Of a stretch of DNA of 64,000 nt, positions 9,915 to 19,906 are shown one piece after another. The notes beneath the pieces were generated by a model. It saw nothing but the letters and a program-made list of their open reading frames with translations, was not told where the DNA came from and searched no databases. The DNA is from Steroidobacteraceae bacterium. GTDB lineage: Bacteria; Pseudomonadota; Gammaproteobacteria; Steroidobacterales; Steroidobacteraceae. A program made the position numbers and the translations under genes. Position 1 is the stretch's first letter, and each line of letters starts with the position of its first letter. The stretch spans positions 3,616-67,615 of the forward strand of contig DASQPK010000064.1 of the NCBI GenBank assembly GCA_035643995.1. The letters run 5' to 3'.

Positions 9915-12530
9915 GTGGAGCATGTTTCTGCTGCCTTGCTGGCGGCCGTTGCGGCCGGCCGGACTGTTCTCGCGCCGAATACGGAACTGGCCAACGCGTT
10001 GTTCGACGCCGTCCAGCGCGTTCACCGCGATGCCGGCGATGAGGTCTGGCCAACTCCGCGAGTGCATGACTATTCAAGCTGGTTGCGCGAGCAGCATGTG
10101 CAGCGGCAACTTAACGAAGCCGTCGCACCGCGCCTGTTGAGCGAGGTGGAAGAGCGCGAGCTCTGGCGCATGGTCATCGATGCCGCGCAGACCGGAAGAG
10201 ACTTTCTTGATCCTGCGGGTGCGGCGCGCTCGGCACGGCGCGCTCGGCGTACATTGTTCGAATACGCCATTCCCATCGAGGCTCTCGATGCTGCGCATTC
10301 CGAGGAGTGCGCAGCGTTTCTGGAGTGGAACCGCGCATTCGAGCGGCGCTGCAGCGCCTTAGGCTGCGTCAGCGCGGACAGTTTGCTGGGGGGCGTAGGC
10401 CCGCCGGGCGGTCCCATCGACTGGATCGAGAGCCCCCAATGGCGGCCTGCGGCGCTCCGCTGGCTGGAGGAGCACGGGCGCGTACTGCCGCCGCAGCGCC
10501 AAATTCACGCAGGGTTATCCATCGTGAGGGCGCCGTCGCCCGCGGCGGAACTGGCCGCCATCGCGGATTGGGCGCGAGGCAAATTGGCAGAGGACGGATT
10601 TCGCGCCTGGATCTGCGTCCCGGATTTGAATCGGCGTCGTGCGGAGGTGGTCGATGCCTTCGATGCGGCCCTGGCGCCGCAACGATTTGCGCTGCGCGGC
10701 GGCTTGAAGGAGGCTCCCTATGCCGTGGCAGGAGGCACGCCGCTCGCCGACTACGCGCCGGTGCGTGCGGCTTTGGAATTGCTGGCCGCAAGTGTGGGCA
10801 CCGTTTCGTTCGTACAATTCAGCGCGCTGCTGCGCGCGCCTGAACTACAGGATTCCGATTCTGAGGCCGGCAGCGCGGCAAGATTGGACGTCGCGCTGCG
10901 TCGCCGTGCATCGAGCGATGCAGATTTTGCGGGCTGGCTCGATTTGGCCGATCGCGTGGCGGCTGCTTCGCAAATGGTTCCGGTGGCGGCCGTGCAGCGG
11001 CTGCGTGCGGCCCATCACTTGCTGTCGCAATTGCAGGGCGCGCGACTCTTCAGCGAGTGGGTGGCGGTTTGGATGGGCGCGTTTCAGAACGGCCCCTGGG
11101 CGTTTAGCCGGCGCTGGTCGAGCATCGAGTATCAAGCAGCGGAAGCGTTCCGAGAGTTGCTCGTCGGCTTAAGTATGGGCGATGCGGTCTTCGGGAGGCA
11201 TTCGCGCGATTCGGCGCAAAGAATCCTGGCTCGAGCGGCTCGCGAGACTGCGTTTCAGGTGCAAACCGGTGTGCCGGCCATCTGGGTGAGCGGCCAACTC
11301 CTTGACCCCTGGCTTGACTATGCCGGGCTCTGGGTGAGTGGTTGCAACGATGAACAATGGCCTCAGCCCGTGGCGCCCGTGGCCTTGCTGCCTGTCGGGG
11401 TGCAGCGCCAATACGGAGTCGTCCCCGCGAGCGCGCAATCGCAGCTGGCGCTGGCAATCGACCTACAGAGCCGCTGGCAGACGCGCGCGAATCAGTGCGT
11501 GTTCAGCCTTTCCGATTCCGGCGAAGGCAGTTCCAGCATGCCCAGTCCGTTGCTGCCGAGGACCATACCGGTTGACTCGACCGCAACGCCGGAGCCTCAC
11601 TGGCGGAAGATGCGGGAGAGGGCGCCTGAATTGGAATCACTCTGGGATGAGCAGGCGCCGCCGCATGCGGGGAACGAGCGCACGCGCGGCGTTGCCACCT
11701 TGAAAGCGCAATCGCGCTGCGCATTTCGAGGGTTTGCGGAGACCCGGCTCGATGCCCAGCCCCTGGAGCAACCGGTCCCGGGATTCAACGAGCGCGAACG
11801 TGGCGAGCTTGTGCACCATGCCCTGCAGCATGTGTGGACTGCGCTGGGCGACTCGAACGCGCTGCACACAGTGCGCGCCGACGCAGAGCAGCGTCTGATC
11901 GATGAGGCTGCTGCTCGCGCAATAGAGTCCGTATGCCAGCGGCGCGATCCAGGGCGGCGCTGGCGTCTGCGTGAAGCGGTCCGGCTGCGAAATCTGCTGG
12001 GAAAATGGCTGCAGCTTGAACGGACGCGTGCACCCTTCATCATCGAAGCCCTCGAGGGGCGCGATCAAATCGCTCGTTTCGGCGGACTCGATTTCCGCGT
12101 GCGCATTGATCGCGTCGATCGGCTGATGGATGGCGCGCGCGTCTTGATTGACTACAAGACCGGCGCCGCCGATCCCGATTGGCGCGGCGAGCGGCCTGAC
12201 AATCCACAGCTGCCGGTTTATGCGTTGCTGTCGCCGCAGGCCTTGGTCGCGGTCGCCTACGCCAAGGTGAACGCTGCGGAATGCGGCTTTGTAGCGGAGT
12301 CCGAGCGGGGCGAGATTTTCCCGAGAACACGCCGCAGCGAACTGGAAGGGATGGCGACTTTCGCCGAGCTCATACAGGTTTGGTCGGGGCGCATCGAGCG
12401 GATCGCCGGCGAGTTCGCCGCCGGGCGCGCGGAGGTGGCGCCGACCATCAAGGCATGTCAGAGCTGCAAGCTTCAGGGCCTGTGCCGCGTCCCGGCGGCG
12501 CTTGATGAGGCGGACGAGTTCCATGAGTGA
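9915..12530 (+). CDS. AddB-like PD-(D/E)XK nuclease family protein (helicase-nuclease complex subunit)
   Basis: 871 aa. C-terminal RecB-type nuclease motif (RIDRVD...LIDYKTG) flanked by four Cys (C in QSRCAFRGF plus C-x2-C-x5-C in CQSCKLQGLC), as in Fe-S AddB nuclease domains. GTG start 2 nt after the alaA stop. Confidence 0.8.
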   Translation: MEHVSAALLAAVAAGRTVLAPNTELANALFDAVQRVHRDAGDEVWPTPRVHDYSSWLREQHVQRQLNEAVAPRLLSEVEERELWRMVIDAAQTGRDFLDPAGAARSARRARRTLFEYAIPIEALDAAHSEECAAFLEWNRAFERRCSALGCVSADSLLGGVGPPGGPIDWIESPQWRPAALRWLEEHGRVLPPQRQIHAGLSIVRAPSPAAELAAIADWARGKLAEDGFRAWICVPDLNRRRAEVVDAFDAALAPQRFALRGGLKEAPYAVAGGTPLADYAPVRAALELLAASVGTVSFVQFSALLRAPELQDSDSEAGSAARLDVALRRRASSDADFAGWLDLADRVAAASQMVPVAAVQRLRAAHHLLSQLQGARLFSEWVAVWMGAFQNGPWAFSRRWSSIEYQAAEAFRELLVGLSMGDAVFGRHSRDSAQRILARAARETAFQVQTGVPAIWVSGQLLDPWLDYAGLWVSGCNDEQWPQPVAPVALLPVGVQRQYGVVPASAQSQLALAIDLQSRWQTRANQCVFSLSDSGEGSSSMPSPLLPRTIPVDSTATPEPHWRKMRERAPELESLWDEQAPPHAGNERTRGVATLKAQSRCAFRGFAETRLDAQPLEQPVPGFNERERGELVHHALQHVWTALGDSNALHTVRADAEQRLIDEAAARAIESVCQRRDPGRRWRLREAVRLRNLLGKWLQLERTRAPFIIEALEGRDQIARFGGLDFRVRIDRVDRLMDGARVLIDYKTGAADPDWRGERPDNPQLPVYALLSPQALVAVAYAKVNAAECGFVAESERGEIFPRTRRSELEGMATFAELIQVWSGRIERIAGEFAAGRAEVAPTIKACQSCKLQGLCRVPAALDEADEFHE

Positions 12531-15500
12531 GGCCGCGAGACTCGCCGATGGTCCCGCCCGCGAGCGTGCGATCACCTCGGAGGGCTCGGTGTTGGTCCAA
12601 GCGCCGGCCGGCTCCGGCAAGACGACACTGCTCGCGCAACGGTATCTGCGCTTGCTGGCATCCGTCGACTCGCCCGAGCGCATTTTAGCGCTCACCTTTA
12701 CGCGCCGTGCTGCCCAAGAAATGCGGCAACGAGTGCTCGGTGCCTTGAGCGCCGCGCGTCTTGCCGAATGCCCGCAGGGGATGAATCAGCTCACGTGGAG
12801 CCTGGCCGCGGCGGCGAAGAAGCGCATGGACTCTTTGAATTGCGATCTGCAATCGCAGCCTTCGCGATTGCGCATTGAGACCATCGATGCGTTCAATTCC
12901 TGGCTCGCCAATCAATTGCCGATTGCGGCGGGTGCAGGCGCCGGCTTGAGCATCCAGACCGATGCCGCGCCCAGCTACCGGGAGGCGGCACGCCGTGCTT
13001 TGGCGCACCAGGGCGGCGATCAGTTCGGGCTCGCTGTCGATCGGGTGCTCGAGCTCGACGATCAGCGCTGGCGCAAGCTGGTGATGCTCATCGCCGAGAT
13101 GCTGCCGAGCCGCGACCGCTGGTTGCCGTTGCTCGCCGGGCGTTTGCAGGCCGCGAGCGCGATTGACGAGGCGCAGCTGGCCAGCGTGCGTCGGCATTTG
13201 GACGAGGATTTGCGGCTGCTGGTCACCCGGCTGGTGCTGCGCGCGCACGAAGTCTTGGGAAAAGAAAATACCGCCGTGTTGTCGTCGCTCATGCACGGCG
13301 CCGCGCAGCGCCTCGAGGATCCGACGCGCCTCGCAGTGTGGCTTGAAGATGCAAGCCCGTTGCGCGATGCTCCTTCGGATGCCGCGCGTTGGCGCTGCAT
13401 GGCGGCGCTGCTCCTGAGAGCCGACGGGCGCGCATTGCGTAAGACGGTCAACAAGGGGCAGGGCTTTCCGCCCGGCAGCGCCGACAAAGCATCCATGCTG
13501 AGTCTGATCGAGAGATTCGCCGCGGATCCGCGGATTTTGGATGCCTTGATTGAGTTGCGCACGCTGCCGGATCCGTACTACAGCGACGCCGCCTGGGGGC
13601 GCGTCCGCGAAGTGGCGCAGGTGCTGGTGTTGGCGGCGGCTGAACTGGATGGAGTCTTTCGCGAGCAAGGCACCGTTGATTTTGCCGCGGTATCGATTGC
13701 GGGGTTGCGCGCGCTCGGCAACGTGGACGCGCCCACGGATTTGAGCTTGCGTCTCGATTACCGGCTGCAGCACATTCTCGTCGACGAATTTCAGGATACA
13801 TCCAGCTCGCAGTTGGAACTGGTGCGCCTCCTGACCGGCGGGTGGCAACAGGGCGATGGCCGCAGCGTGTTTTGCGTGGGCGACCCGATGCAATCCATCT
13901 ACGGTTTTCGCCAAGCGGAGGTCAGGGCGTTCCTCGAACTTGCGGAGGAGGGCATCGGCGGGCTGCGCTTCGAAGTGCAGCGTCTGCGCAGCAATTTTCG
14001 TTCCGCGCCGCCGCTGGTGGACTGGACCAATCGCTGTTTCGCGCGTCTCATGCCGGAGGTTGATGATCGTAACCGCGGCGCCATTGCATATCGTGCCAGC
14101 GAGGCCGCGGTGCTGAGCTCCGACGCCGCCGAATGCGGCGTCCACTGTCAGGGATTTGCAAGCCGCAGCGCCGAATCAAATGCGATCGCCGCGATGATCG
14201 CCGGTGAAGTCAAGCGGCATCCTGAGTGGCGCATCGCCGTCTTGGTGCGCGCCAGAACGCATGCACGGGGGATTGCCGCGAGTTTGCGCGCGTTGAACAT
14301 CGACTTTCGGGCGGTCGATATCGAGCCCTTGCAGGATCGCGCCGCGGTTCGCGACATCATGATGCTAACTCGCGCGTTGCTTCATTTGGGCGACCGCATC
14401 GCCTGGTTTGCCGTGTTGCGCGCTCCTTGGACTGGACTGATCCTGGCCGATTTGCTGACGATCTCCGGCACCGGTTCTCTGGTGTGGGATGCGATTCGAG
14501 ATGAGGCGCTGCTGCTTGGCGTAAGCGAGGATGGCCGCGCCCGCTGTGCGCGCCTGCGGCTTAACCTCGAGGCTGCGTTCGAGGTCCGTAATCAGACCGG
14601 AGTGGCTCGCTGGATCGAAAGAACCTGGCTGGGTTTGGGCGGCCCCAGCTGCATGACGAGCGTGCAAGATCTGCAATTGGCGAGCGCCGCGTTTGCTCGC
14701 ATACGGGACCTCGAGGAGCGCGGCATGCCGGACCCTGCGGATCTGCCGGAAATCTTTGCCGACCTTTTCGCCGATCACGGCAGCGCGAGCGCGGTGGAAA
14801 TCATGACCATTCACAAGGCCAAAGGTCTGGAATTCGACCTGGTCGTGCTGCCGGCGCTCGATCGTGCCGTGCCGCCCGATCGCAACCAACTATTGCTGTC
14901 GCACCAGTTCGCGCGCACGGGGCGCGACGGTATGGTGATGGCGGCCCGTCCGCCGGTGGGCACCGAGGCCGACCTACTATTCGAGTTCTTGCGCTACCAG
15001 CGGCGCGACGCAGCCGTGCTCGAAGCGCAGCGCCTGCTATACGTGGCCTGCACCCGCGCAAAATGCCAATTGCGTCTGACCGCCGTCATCGAAGAAGTTG
15101 AAAATGCCGATGACCTCGACGAAGCGGCGGCACGCCGGGTCTTCCGGCCGGACGCCGGAAGCTTGCTGCGCGCGCTCTGGCCGGTGCTCGCCGGCGAATT
15201 CGAGCTGCCGACGCCGCTCCATGGCCAAGCGGAGGCTGCCGACGAGGCGCCTCGCGGCGGGCCCCTCAAGCGCCTGCCATTGGAATCCTCGCAGCACCGT
15301 CACTTTGCGCCGCCGGCGGGCGCGGCGATTGTCATCCCGGTCGCGAGGGACGAGACGCCGATATTCGACTGGGCCGGCGAAACCGCGCGACGAGTCGGCA
15401 GCCTGGTGCATGCCGAACTCCAGAAGATGGACCTCGCAAGCCTCGATGAGGCGCCGATCCGTGCCCGCGAGAGCCATTTCCGCCGATGGCTCGAGCGCAA

Positions 15501-15930
15501 TGGGGTGCCCGAGGATCGATTGAATCAAGCGACCGCGCGCGTCGTGGAGGCACTGCTCGGCGTGCATCGCGATCCGCGCGGACGTTGGATGCTGAAGACC
15601 GGTTATCGCGAGGATCTGCGTGAACACGCCTTGTCCGGCTACTGGGAGGGGGAATTTTCGCGCGTCGTGCTTGATCGCAGCTTCATCGACGAGGCCGGCG
15701 TCCGGTGGGTGATCGACTACAAAACCAGCCAGCACTTGGGCGGCGGTCTTGAGCTCTTTCTGGACCGCGAGGTCGAGCGATACCGCAGCCAGCTCGAGCG
15801 CTATGGGCGCCTGGCGCAGCGCCTGGGACCGCAACCCGTTCGGTTGGGATTGTACTTTCCCCTGATGCGAGCCTGGCGTGAATGGACGCCCAACGAGGCA
15901 GTTGACAAAAAGGGACTACTGGATATATAA
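12523..15930 (+). CDS. AddA-like UvrD/Rep-family helicase with C-terminal RecB-type nuclease
   Basis: Walker A APAGSGKTT, UvrD motifs (ILVDEFQDTS, CVGDPMQSIYGFRQA, TIHKAKGLEFD, LLYVACTRAK) and C-terminal nuclease motif WVIDYKTS. The ATG at 12523 overlaps the addB-like stop by 8 nt. Confidence 0.85.
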   Translation: MSEAARLADGPARERAITSEGSVLVQAPAGSGKTTLLAQRYLRLLASVDSPERILALTFTRRAAQEMRQRVLGALSAARLAECPQGMNQLTWSLAAAAKKRMDSLNCDLQSQPSRLRIETIDAFNSWLANQLPIAAGAGAGLSIQTDAAPSYREAARRALAHQGGDQFGLAVDRVLELDDQRWRKLVMLIAEMLPSRDRWLPLLAGRLQAASAIDEAQLASVRRHLDEDLRLLVTRLVLRAHEVLGKENTAVLSSLMHGAAQRLEDPTRLAVWLEDASPLRDAPSDAARWRCMAALLLRADGRALRKTVNKGQGFPPGSADKASMLSLIERFAADPRILDALIELRTLPDPYYSDAAWGRVREVAQVLVLAAAELDGVFREQGTVDFAAVSIAGLRALGNVDAPTDLSLRLDYRLQHILVDEFQDTSSSQLELVRLLTGGWQQGDGRSVFCVGDPMQSIYGFRQAEVRAFLELAEEGIGGLRFEVQRLRSNFRSAPPLVDWTNRCFARLMPEVDDRNRGAIAYRASEAAVLSSDAAECGVHCQGFASRSAESNAIAAMIAGEVKRHPEWRIAVLVRARTHARGIAASLRALNIDFRAVDIEPLQDRAAVRDIMMLTRALLHLGDRIAWFAVLRAPWTGLILADLLTISGTGSLVWDAIRDEALLLGVSEDGRARCARLRLNLEAAFEVRNQTGVARWIERTWLGLGGPSCMTSVQDLQLASAAFARIRDLEERGMPDPADLPEIFADLFADHGSASAVEIMTIHKAKGLEFDLVVLPALDRAVPPDRNQLLLSHQFARTGRDGMVMAARPPVGTEADLLFEFLRYQRRDAAVLEAQRLLYVACTRAKCQLRLTAVIEEVENADDLDEAAARRVFRPDAGSLLRALWPVLAGEFELPTPLHGQAEAADEAPRGGPLKRLPLESSQHRHFAPPAGAAIVIPVARDETPIFDWAGETARRVGSLVHAELQKMDLASLDEAPIRARESHFRRWLERNGVPEDRLNQATARVVEALLGVHRDPRGRWMLKTGYREDLREHALSGYWEGEFSRVVLDRSFIDEAGVRWVIDYKTSQHLGGGLELFLDREVERYRSQLERYGRLAQRLGPQPVRLGLYFPLMRAWREWTPNEAVDKKGLLDI

Positions 15931-15965
15931 ACAGTGTCCCAAAAACTCAACAAGAGGGATCAGTC

Positions 15966-16334
15966 ATGATTGGATACGTCACTCTCGGCACCAACGACTT
16001 GAAGCGCGCCGCCGCCTTTTACGATGCACTTCTGGGTGAAATCGGCGCCAAACGCATGATGGAAAGTGATGATTTTGTCGCCTGGTCGGTGAAGCCCGAT
16101 CTGCCCGGCCTTGGAGTGACCAAGCCCTTCGATAAGAAGGCCGCCTCGGTTGGCAACGGCGTCATGGTGGCGCTCGTGGTCGATAGCGAGGACAAGGTGA
16201 AGGCGTTGCATAGCAAGGCCTTGCAATTGGGAGGCAAGGATGAAGGTGCCCCGGGCAAACGATCGGAAAACTTTTACGCGGGCTACTTTCGAGACTTGGA
16301 CGGCAACAAGCTCAACGTATTCGTCGGCGGCTAG
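15966..16334 (+). CDS. VOC (glyoxalase/bleomycin-resistance/dioxygenase) family protein
   Basis: 122 aa. MIGYVTLGTNDLKRAAAFYDALLG and the C-terminal YAGYFRDLDGNKL are typical of small VOC-fold proteins. Confidence 0.85.
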   Translation: MIGYVTLGTNDLKRAAAFYDALLGEIGAKRMMESDDFVAWSVKPDLPGLGVTKPFDKKAASVGNGVMVALVVDSEDKVKALHSKALQLGGKDEGAPGKRSENFYAGYFRDLDGNKLNVFVGG

Positions 16335-16376
16335 TAACCGCTCTCGCGCATGTGATATTGGGCGATCCTGAAAGGC

Positions 16377-17180
16377 CTAGAACGTGAACTCGAGTTCCAC
16401 CGGAAATCGCCCGGAGGCGTCTCGCGGCCGAAGTTGGGCTAGGTTATTGAGCTGATTCTGAAGGCCTAAGGAGGCTTCAGGGCGCTCTTTGATCGTGCCG
16501 GAGAGCATGCCGGTGCGCGCAGCGGGAGAAAATCGGATCTGCGCCTGAGCCTCCACCGGTCCGCCGGTGTCGGCCAGGTTGGCGGTGATGGTACCGTCAG
16601 GGGCAACCGCTCCCGCGGCCAGCTGCAGCTCATAGCTCCCCAGATCTTCGCCTGCGGCGATGTCTGCGGCGGAAATATTGGCGACGTCGATCTTTCCTGT
16701 CGCGGACTCGAGATTGCGGAAATCGCTGCTCGCCTCCACAAAGGCGAGATTCGCGCTACCTCTCCAGCCGGCGGCAATGCCGAGGTCGCCAAGGTTTTCG
16801 ATGGGACCTCCGCCTTTGATGTCATGGGCGGCAATACGTCGCGCACCGAGCTCAACCGTTCCGTCGATGACGAAGCCCACCTTCACCCAGTGAATGTCCG
16901 CAACGATCGCCAGTCGCAGCAGCGAGAGCGGATGCAGCCGCCATTCAATCGCGCCCGCCTCGCGTGCATTGACCTTGAGCCTTCCTGCGGCGCCATGCAC
17001 GAGGCTGCCGGAGAAGTCTTCCACGTGCATCTGAGCGGGCAGAAAATGCGTGATCATGGAGGCCGGCAGCACGAACACCGTCGCGCCTGCCAGGACCAGA
17101 ATGGCCAAGAGGACCAGTGGCCAACGTCTCGCCGGCCGCTTGAAGTCAACGTCGCGGCTGGGTGAACGAGATGCTGGCAT
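16377..17180 (-). CDS. gspN: Type II secretion system protein N
   Basis: Last gene of the gsp operon. N-terminal TM segment (WPLVLLAILVLAGATVFVL) then a beta-rich periplasmic domain with the GspN-like pattern (GSLVHGAAGRLKVN..IEWRL). ATG at 17180; the upstream part of the 356-aa ORF is rejected because it overlaps gspM. Confidence 0.8.
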   Translation of the reverse strand: MPASRSPSRDVDFKRPARRWPLVLLAILVLAGATVFVLPASMITHFLPAQMHVEDFSGSLVHGAAGRLKVNAREAGAIEWRLHPLSLLRLAIVADIHWVKVGFVIDGTVELGARRIAAHDIKGGGPIENLGDLGIAAGWRGSANLAFVEASSDFRNLESATGKIDVANISAADIAAGEDLGSYELQLAAGAVAPDGTITANLADTGGPVEAQAQIRFSPAARTGMLSGTIKERPEASLGLQNQLNNLAQLRPRDASGRFPVELEFTF

Positions 17181-17634
17181 TGACCATTCCCGGCGCCGGC
17201 GTGCGATCCACCGTGATCGATTCAATCGCCAGGCCGTAGCGCTGGTCCAAGGTACCGAGCCATACGACGATTGTGTCAAATGGCGCGGCTTCCAATTGCA
17301 CACGCACCCCCCCGGAGGCAATGGGCTGGGTACCGCGCAGTGCGCTTGCCAGCCCCGCTTCGCGGGCGACTCTGTCCACCAGCACCACCGGTGCCTCTCC
17401 CGTGTCGGCAGGAAGCTGATCGCCGAAGGCGCGCACTTCCGGTGCATTCATCCGCATCCAAGCCAGATCTTCGCGCCGCGTGTCCGTTGCCTTTACCGCG
17501 CGCGACACCGCGGATTGCAAAGGCATGAGAATCCCCGCGATCAAAATGATGAGCCCCAAGGCGATCGCGCCGATCGCGACCACGCGCTGTTCGCGCTGCT
17601 GCAGGCTTGCATACCAGTTTCGTAGCTTGTTCAT
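17146..17634 (-). CDS. gspM: Type II secretion system protein M
   Basis: 162 aa. NKLRNWYASLQQREQRVV followed by a single TM, typical of GspM. ATGA overlap with the gspL stop. Confidence 0.85.
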   Translation of the reverse strand: MNKLRNWYASLQQREQRVVAIGAIALGLIILIAGILMPLQSAVSRAVKATDTRREDLAWMRMNAPEVRAFGDQLPADTGEAPVVLVDRVAREAGLASALRGTQPIASGGVRVQLEAAPFDTIVVWLGTLDQRYGLAIESITVDRTPAPGMVNASISFTQPRR

Positions 17635-18899
17635 CGTCGCGCCTTTGCGGACGGTGTACGAACGTGAAGATGCGCTTCAACGCCCGCGGCCACGGGGTTC
17701 GAGGATTGAATCTCCGCCGCGAGGCCCTCCTTGCCCACGAACTGGGTCAATTGCGAGAGCGCCGCGAGACTGGGCGCGCTCACCGTCATGTCGAGCGAAT
17801 CTTCCCGGTAGCTCAGTGCGCTGATGGCGGTCTTTGGCGCCACCGCAAGAGCTTCGCTCAAGGTCTGCAAGGTGCGAAGAAAGTATTGCGGACCCGCGCC
17901 GGATTTGCGAATCCTCTCGAGCTTGGTTTGCATTTGGCGGCGCGGATCGGTGGGCGCATCGCCAGGCATGGCGGAGGAAAAAACTTGCGAAATCTCGCCA
18001 TCGAGGGCCGCGGATTCATGTTTGGCATGGCGAATTTGCAGTGCTTGAGCGGCGACGTAAACGACCAGCAGCGCCACCGCGAGCGCGGCAGCTATGCGCC
18101 ATTGACGCCATCGCTCATGATAGTCCGTGGTCCGCGAAAACTCGCCTTGCAGCAAATTTACGGCCTCGGGTGCCGCGATGCCGCGCGCCAGCCAGGGTAG
18201 GGGACCATCCGTCAACAATTGAACCTTGAGTGTTTCGAATTCTTCGAGCAAGTCCTCAAATTCACCTTGAATCCTCGCCCAGTCTTCACGCGTCACGTAA
18301 AGGATGGCGCTTTCCTTGGACTTGGGCTCCGCCGTCGATTCCAGCGGATCGGCGATGACGCCGGCGACGACCAGGGCTTCCTTGACCGGCGAGAGTTCCA
18401 CGGCGAAGGGCAGGGCGCCGGGCCGGCGCACCGCAAGCCGCTCCTTTTCAAGCCACAATACCGTTTGACTCGGATTCTCCGGCATCAGCGAGATATCCGC
18501 GTAAATCGCCTCCGGAGCGAATCCGGCGGCGTTCAGCTCGGACAGCCAGGCCTGCAGTACGGAGCGCGACACCACGGCCACCGGCGTGCCGCCGCGGCTG
18601 CGACGGCGGCCGATCGCGAAGCTTAGGAGGTCAACATCCTCCGTGAGCTGTTCTTCCAGCGCGAAGGGCACGGCTCGCGCGAGTTTCGCGCCGCTGCCGG
18701 GCGGCAGCTCCGGTTCGGCCAATAGAATCTGAGTTGCGGGGGCGAGCACCACCACGCGTCCGGTACGCCAGACGGCGGCCGCAAGGCTCAAGGATCCGCG
18801 TTGCCGGGTCGGTGTCGGCGCACCGCTCTCATCCAGCGTCAGCCATTCAGTCTCTTCTTGGCCGGCCGGCGGTAGGCGTAACAGCAATGATTGCGGCAT
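17631..18899 (-). CDS. gspL: Type II secretion system protein L
   Basis: MPQSLLLRLPP..EWLTLDE..VVVLAPATQILLAEPELPPG..LARAVPFALEEQL is the canonical GspL N-terminus. Central TM, then periplasmic domain. ATG at 18899; the upstream extension of the ORF is discarded. Confidence 0.88.
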   Translation of the reverse strand: MPQSLLLRLPPAGQEETEWLTLDESGAPTPTRQRGSLSLAAAVWRTGRVVVLAPATQILLAEPELPPGSGAKLARAVPFALEEQLTEDVDLLSFAIGRRRSRGGTPVAVVSRSVLQAWLSELNAAGFAPEAIYADISLMPENPSQTVLWLEKERLAVRRPGALPFAVELSPVKEALVVAGVIADPLESTAEPKSKESAILYVTREDWARIQGEFEDLLEEFETLKVQLLTDGPLPWLARGIAAPEAVNLLQGEFSRTTDYHERWRQWRIAAALAVALLVVYVAAQALQIRHAKHESAALDGEISQVFSSAMPGDAPTDPRRQMQTKLERIRKSGAGPQYFLRTLQTLSEALAVAPKTAISALSYREDSLDMTVSAPSLAALSQLTQFVGKEGLAAEIQSSNPVAAGVEAHLHVRTPSAKARR

Positions 18900-18904
18900 G
18901 TATC

Positions 18905-19906
18905 TTAGGGCGTCCCAAATGAGCGCAGAATCGGCGCGACCTTCGATGAGCCGCGGTACAAAAGACTGTACAAGGTGAACTCCGTAGTGCCAAGCATGAC
19001 GCGCGTGGTGAGCTGGAAATACTTGCTTTGCGTGCCGATGAGGTTGGCGACGCCCTGCATGGCATTCGGCCCCATAGTCGTGGCAACGTGGGTGAAGGTT
19101 GGCACGTCGGGGAAGCAGCCCTCCTTGCGGCCATTGGCCAGCACGGCGGGATTGTTCGACCACTCGCCGTTCAAGCCCTGCACCAGGCTCTCCAGCACCA
19201 GGGCGGGAGCGGTGCAAACGTTGATTTTGAGACTGGCATCCGGCAGCGCTGTGACATAGGGGGCGATCTTGCGGTAACGGTCGGCTCCGAAGCCGGGCAG
19301 ATTCATCAATTCGGTGGGCGACATCATGGGCCAGTTGCCGGTGTGGTAGGGAGGCGTTTGCGAGGTGTAGACCGAATCTTCGGCGCCGTCCGGATTACCC
19401 ACGACGTCGTTCTGATCGATCCAATCGCGCGCCAATCCTGCCCACTTTGGCTCCACACCCACCGAGGCCAGCAATCGCTGGAATATCTGCAGCGGCAGAG
19501 GATCCTCAGTGACACCGTCCGGCCCTAAGCGCGCGAGGCTGTTCAAGTTGAAGCGCCCTTGCAGGTCTTCCAATGAACCCTGCATGGTGCCGATGGGTTC
19601 GCCTTCCGGGTTATTGTCCGGCGTGATGGGCAGGGGCTGCGTCACTTGCGCCCAGGGCCCCGCAAGCGTCGTATACCCGGCGCTGGTCTGAAGGTCCTGG
19701 ACGAGCACGTCCGCGGCCAGCGCCTCGGCGCCCAAGCCGAATTGCAGCGCCTGTTCCGCAGCGAGCACGCCCGTCGTACGCTTAAGTTCCAGAAATCCAT
19801 CAAAGCTCAGCTTCGTGGCCAAAATAGTGGCCAGCGCCACGAGAATGAGCGCGATGATCAGCGCAACTCCGCGCTGCTTCTTCCCGCCGCCGCGAAACGC
19901 CTTCAC
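18905..19906 (-). CDS. gspK: Type II secretion system minor pseudopilin K
   Basis: QRGVALIIALILVALATILA N-terminus lacking Glu+5, a GspK hallmark. 333 aa. GTG start in a GTGA overlap with the gspJ stop. Confidence 0.88.
   Translation of the reverse strand: MKAFRGGGKKQRGVALIIALILVALATILATKLSFDGFLELKRTTGVLAAEQALQFGLGAEALAADVLVQDLQTSAGYTTLAGPWAQVTQPLPITPDNNPEGEPIGTMQGSLEDLQGRFNLNSLARLGPDGVTEDPLPLQIFQRLLASVGVEPKWAGLARDWIDQNDVVGNPDGAEDSVYTSQTPPYHTGNWPMMSPTELMNLPGFGADRYRKIAPYVTALPDASLKINVCTAPALVLESLVQGLNGEWSNNPAVLANGRKEGCFPDVPTFTHVATTMGPNAMQGVANLIGTQSKYFQLTTRVMLGTTEFTLYSLLYRGSSKVAPILRSFGTP

Noticed and set aside
11637-14145. 352-aa and 486-aa minus-strand ORFs antisense to the AddB-like and AddA-like genes
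   Set aside because: Shadow ORFs. The sense strand carries helicase and nuclease motifs in register, and the antisense translations are Arg/Ala/Gly-rich junk.
9915-15930. Nuclease + UvrD-helicase pair as a phage-defence system (Gabija/Hachiman-like)
   Set aside because: The sizes (871 and 1135 aa), the Fe-S AddB-type nuclease, the second RecB-type nuclease on the helicase and the housekeeping operon context all fit a chromosomal AddAB-type recombination enzyme. They do not fit GajAB or HamAB.
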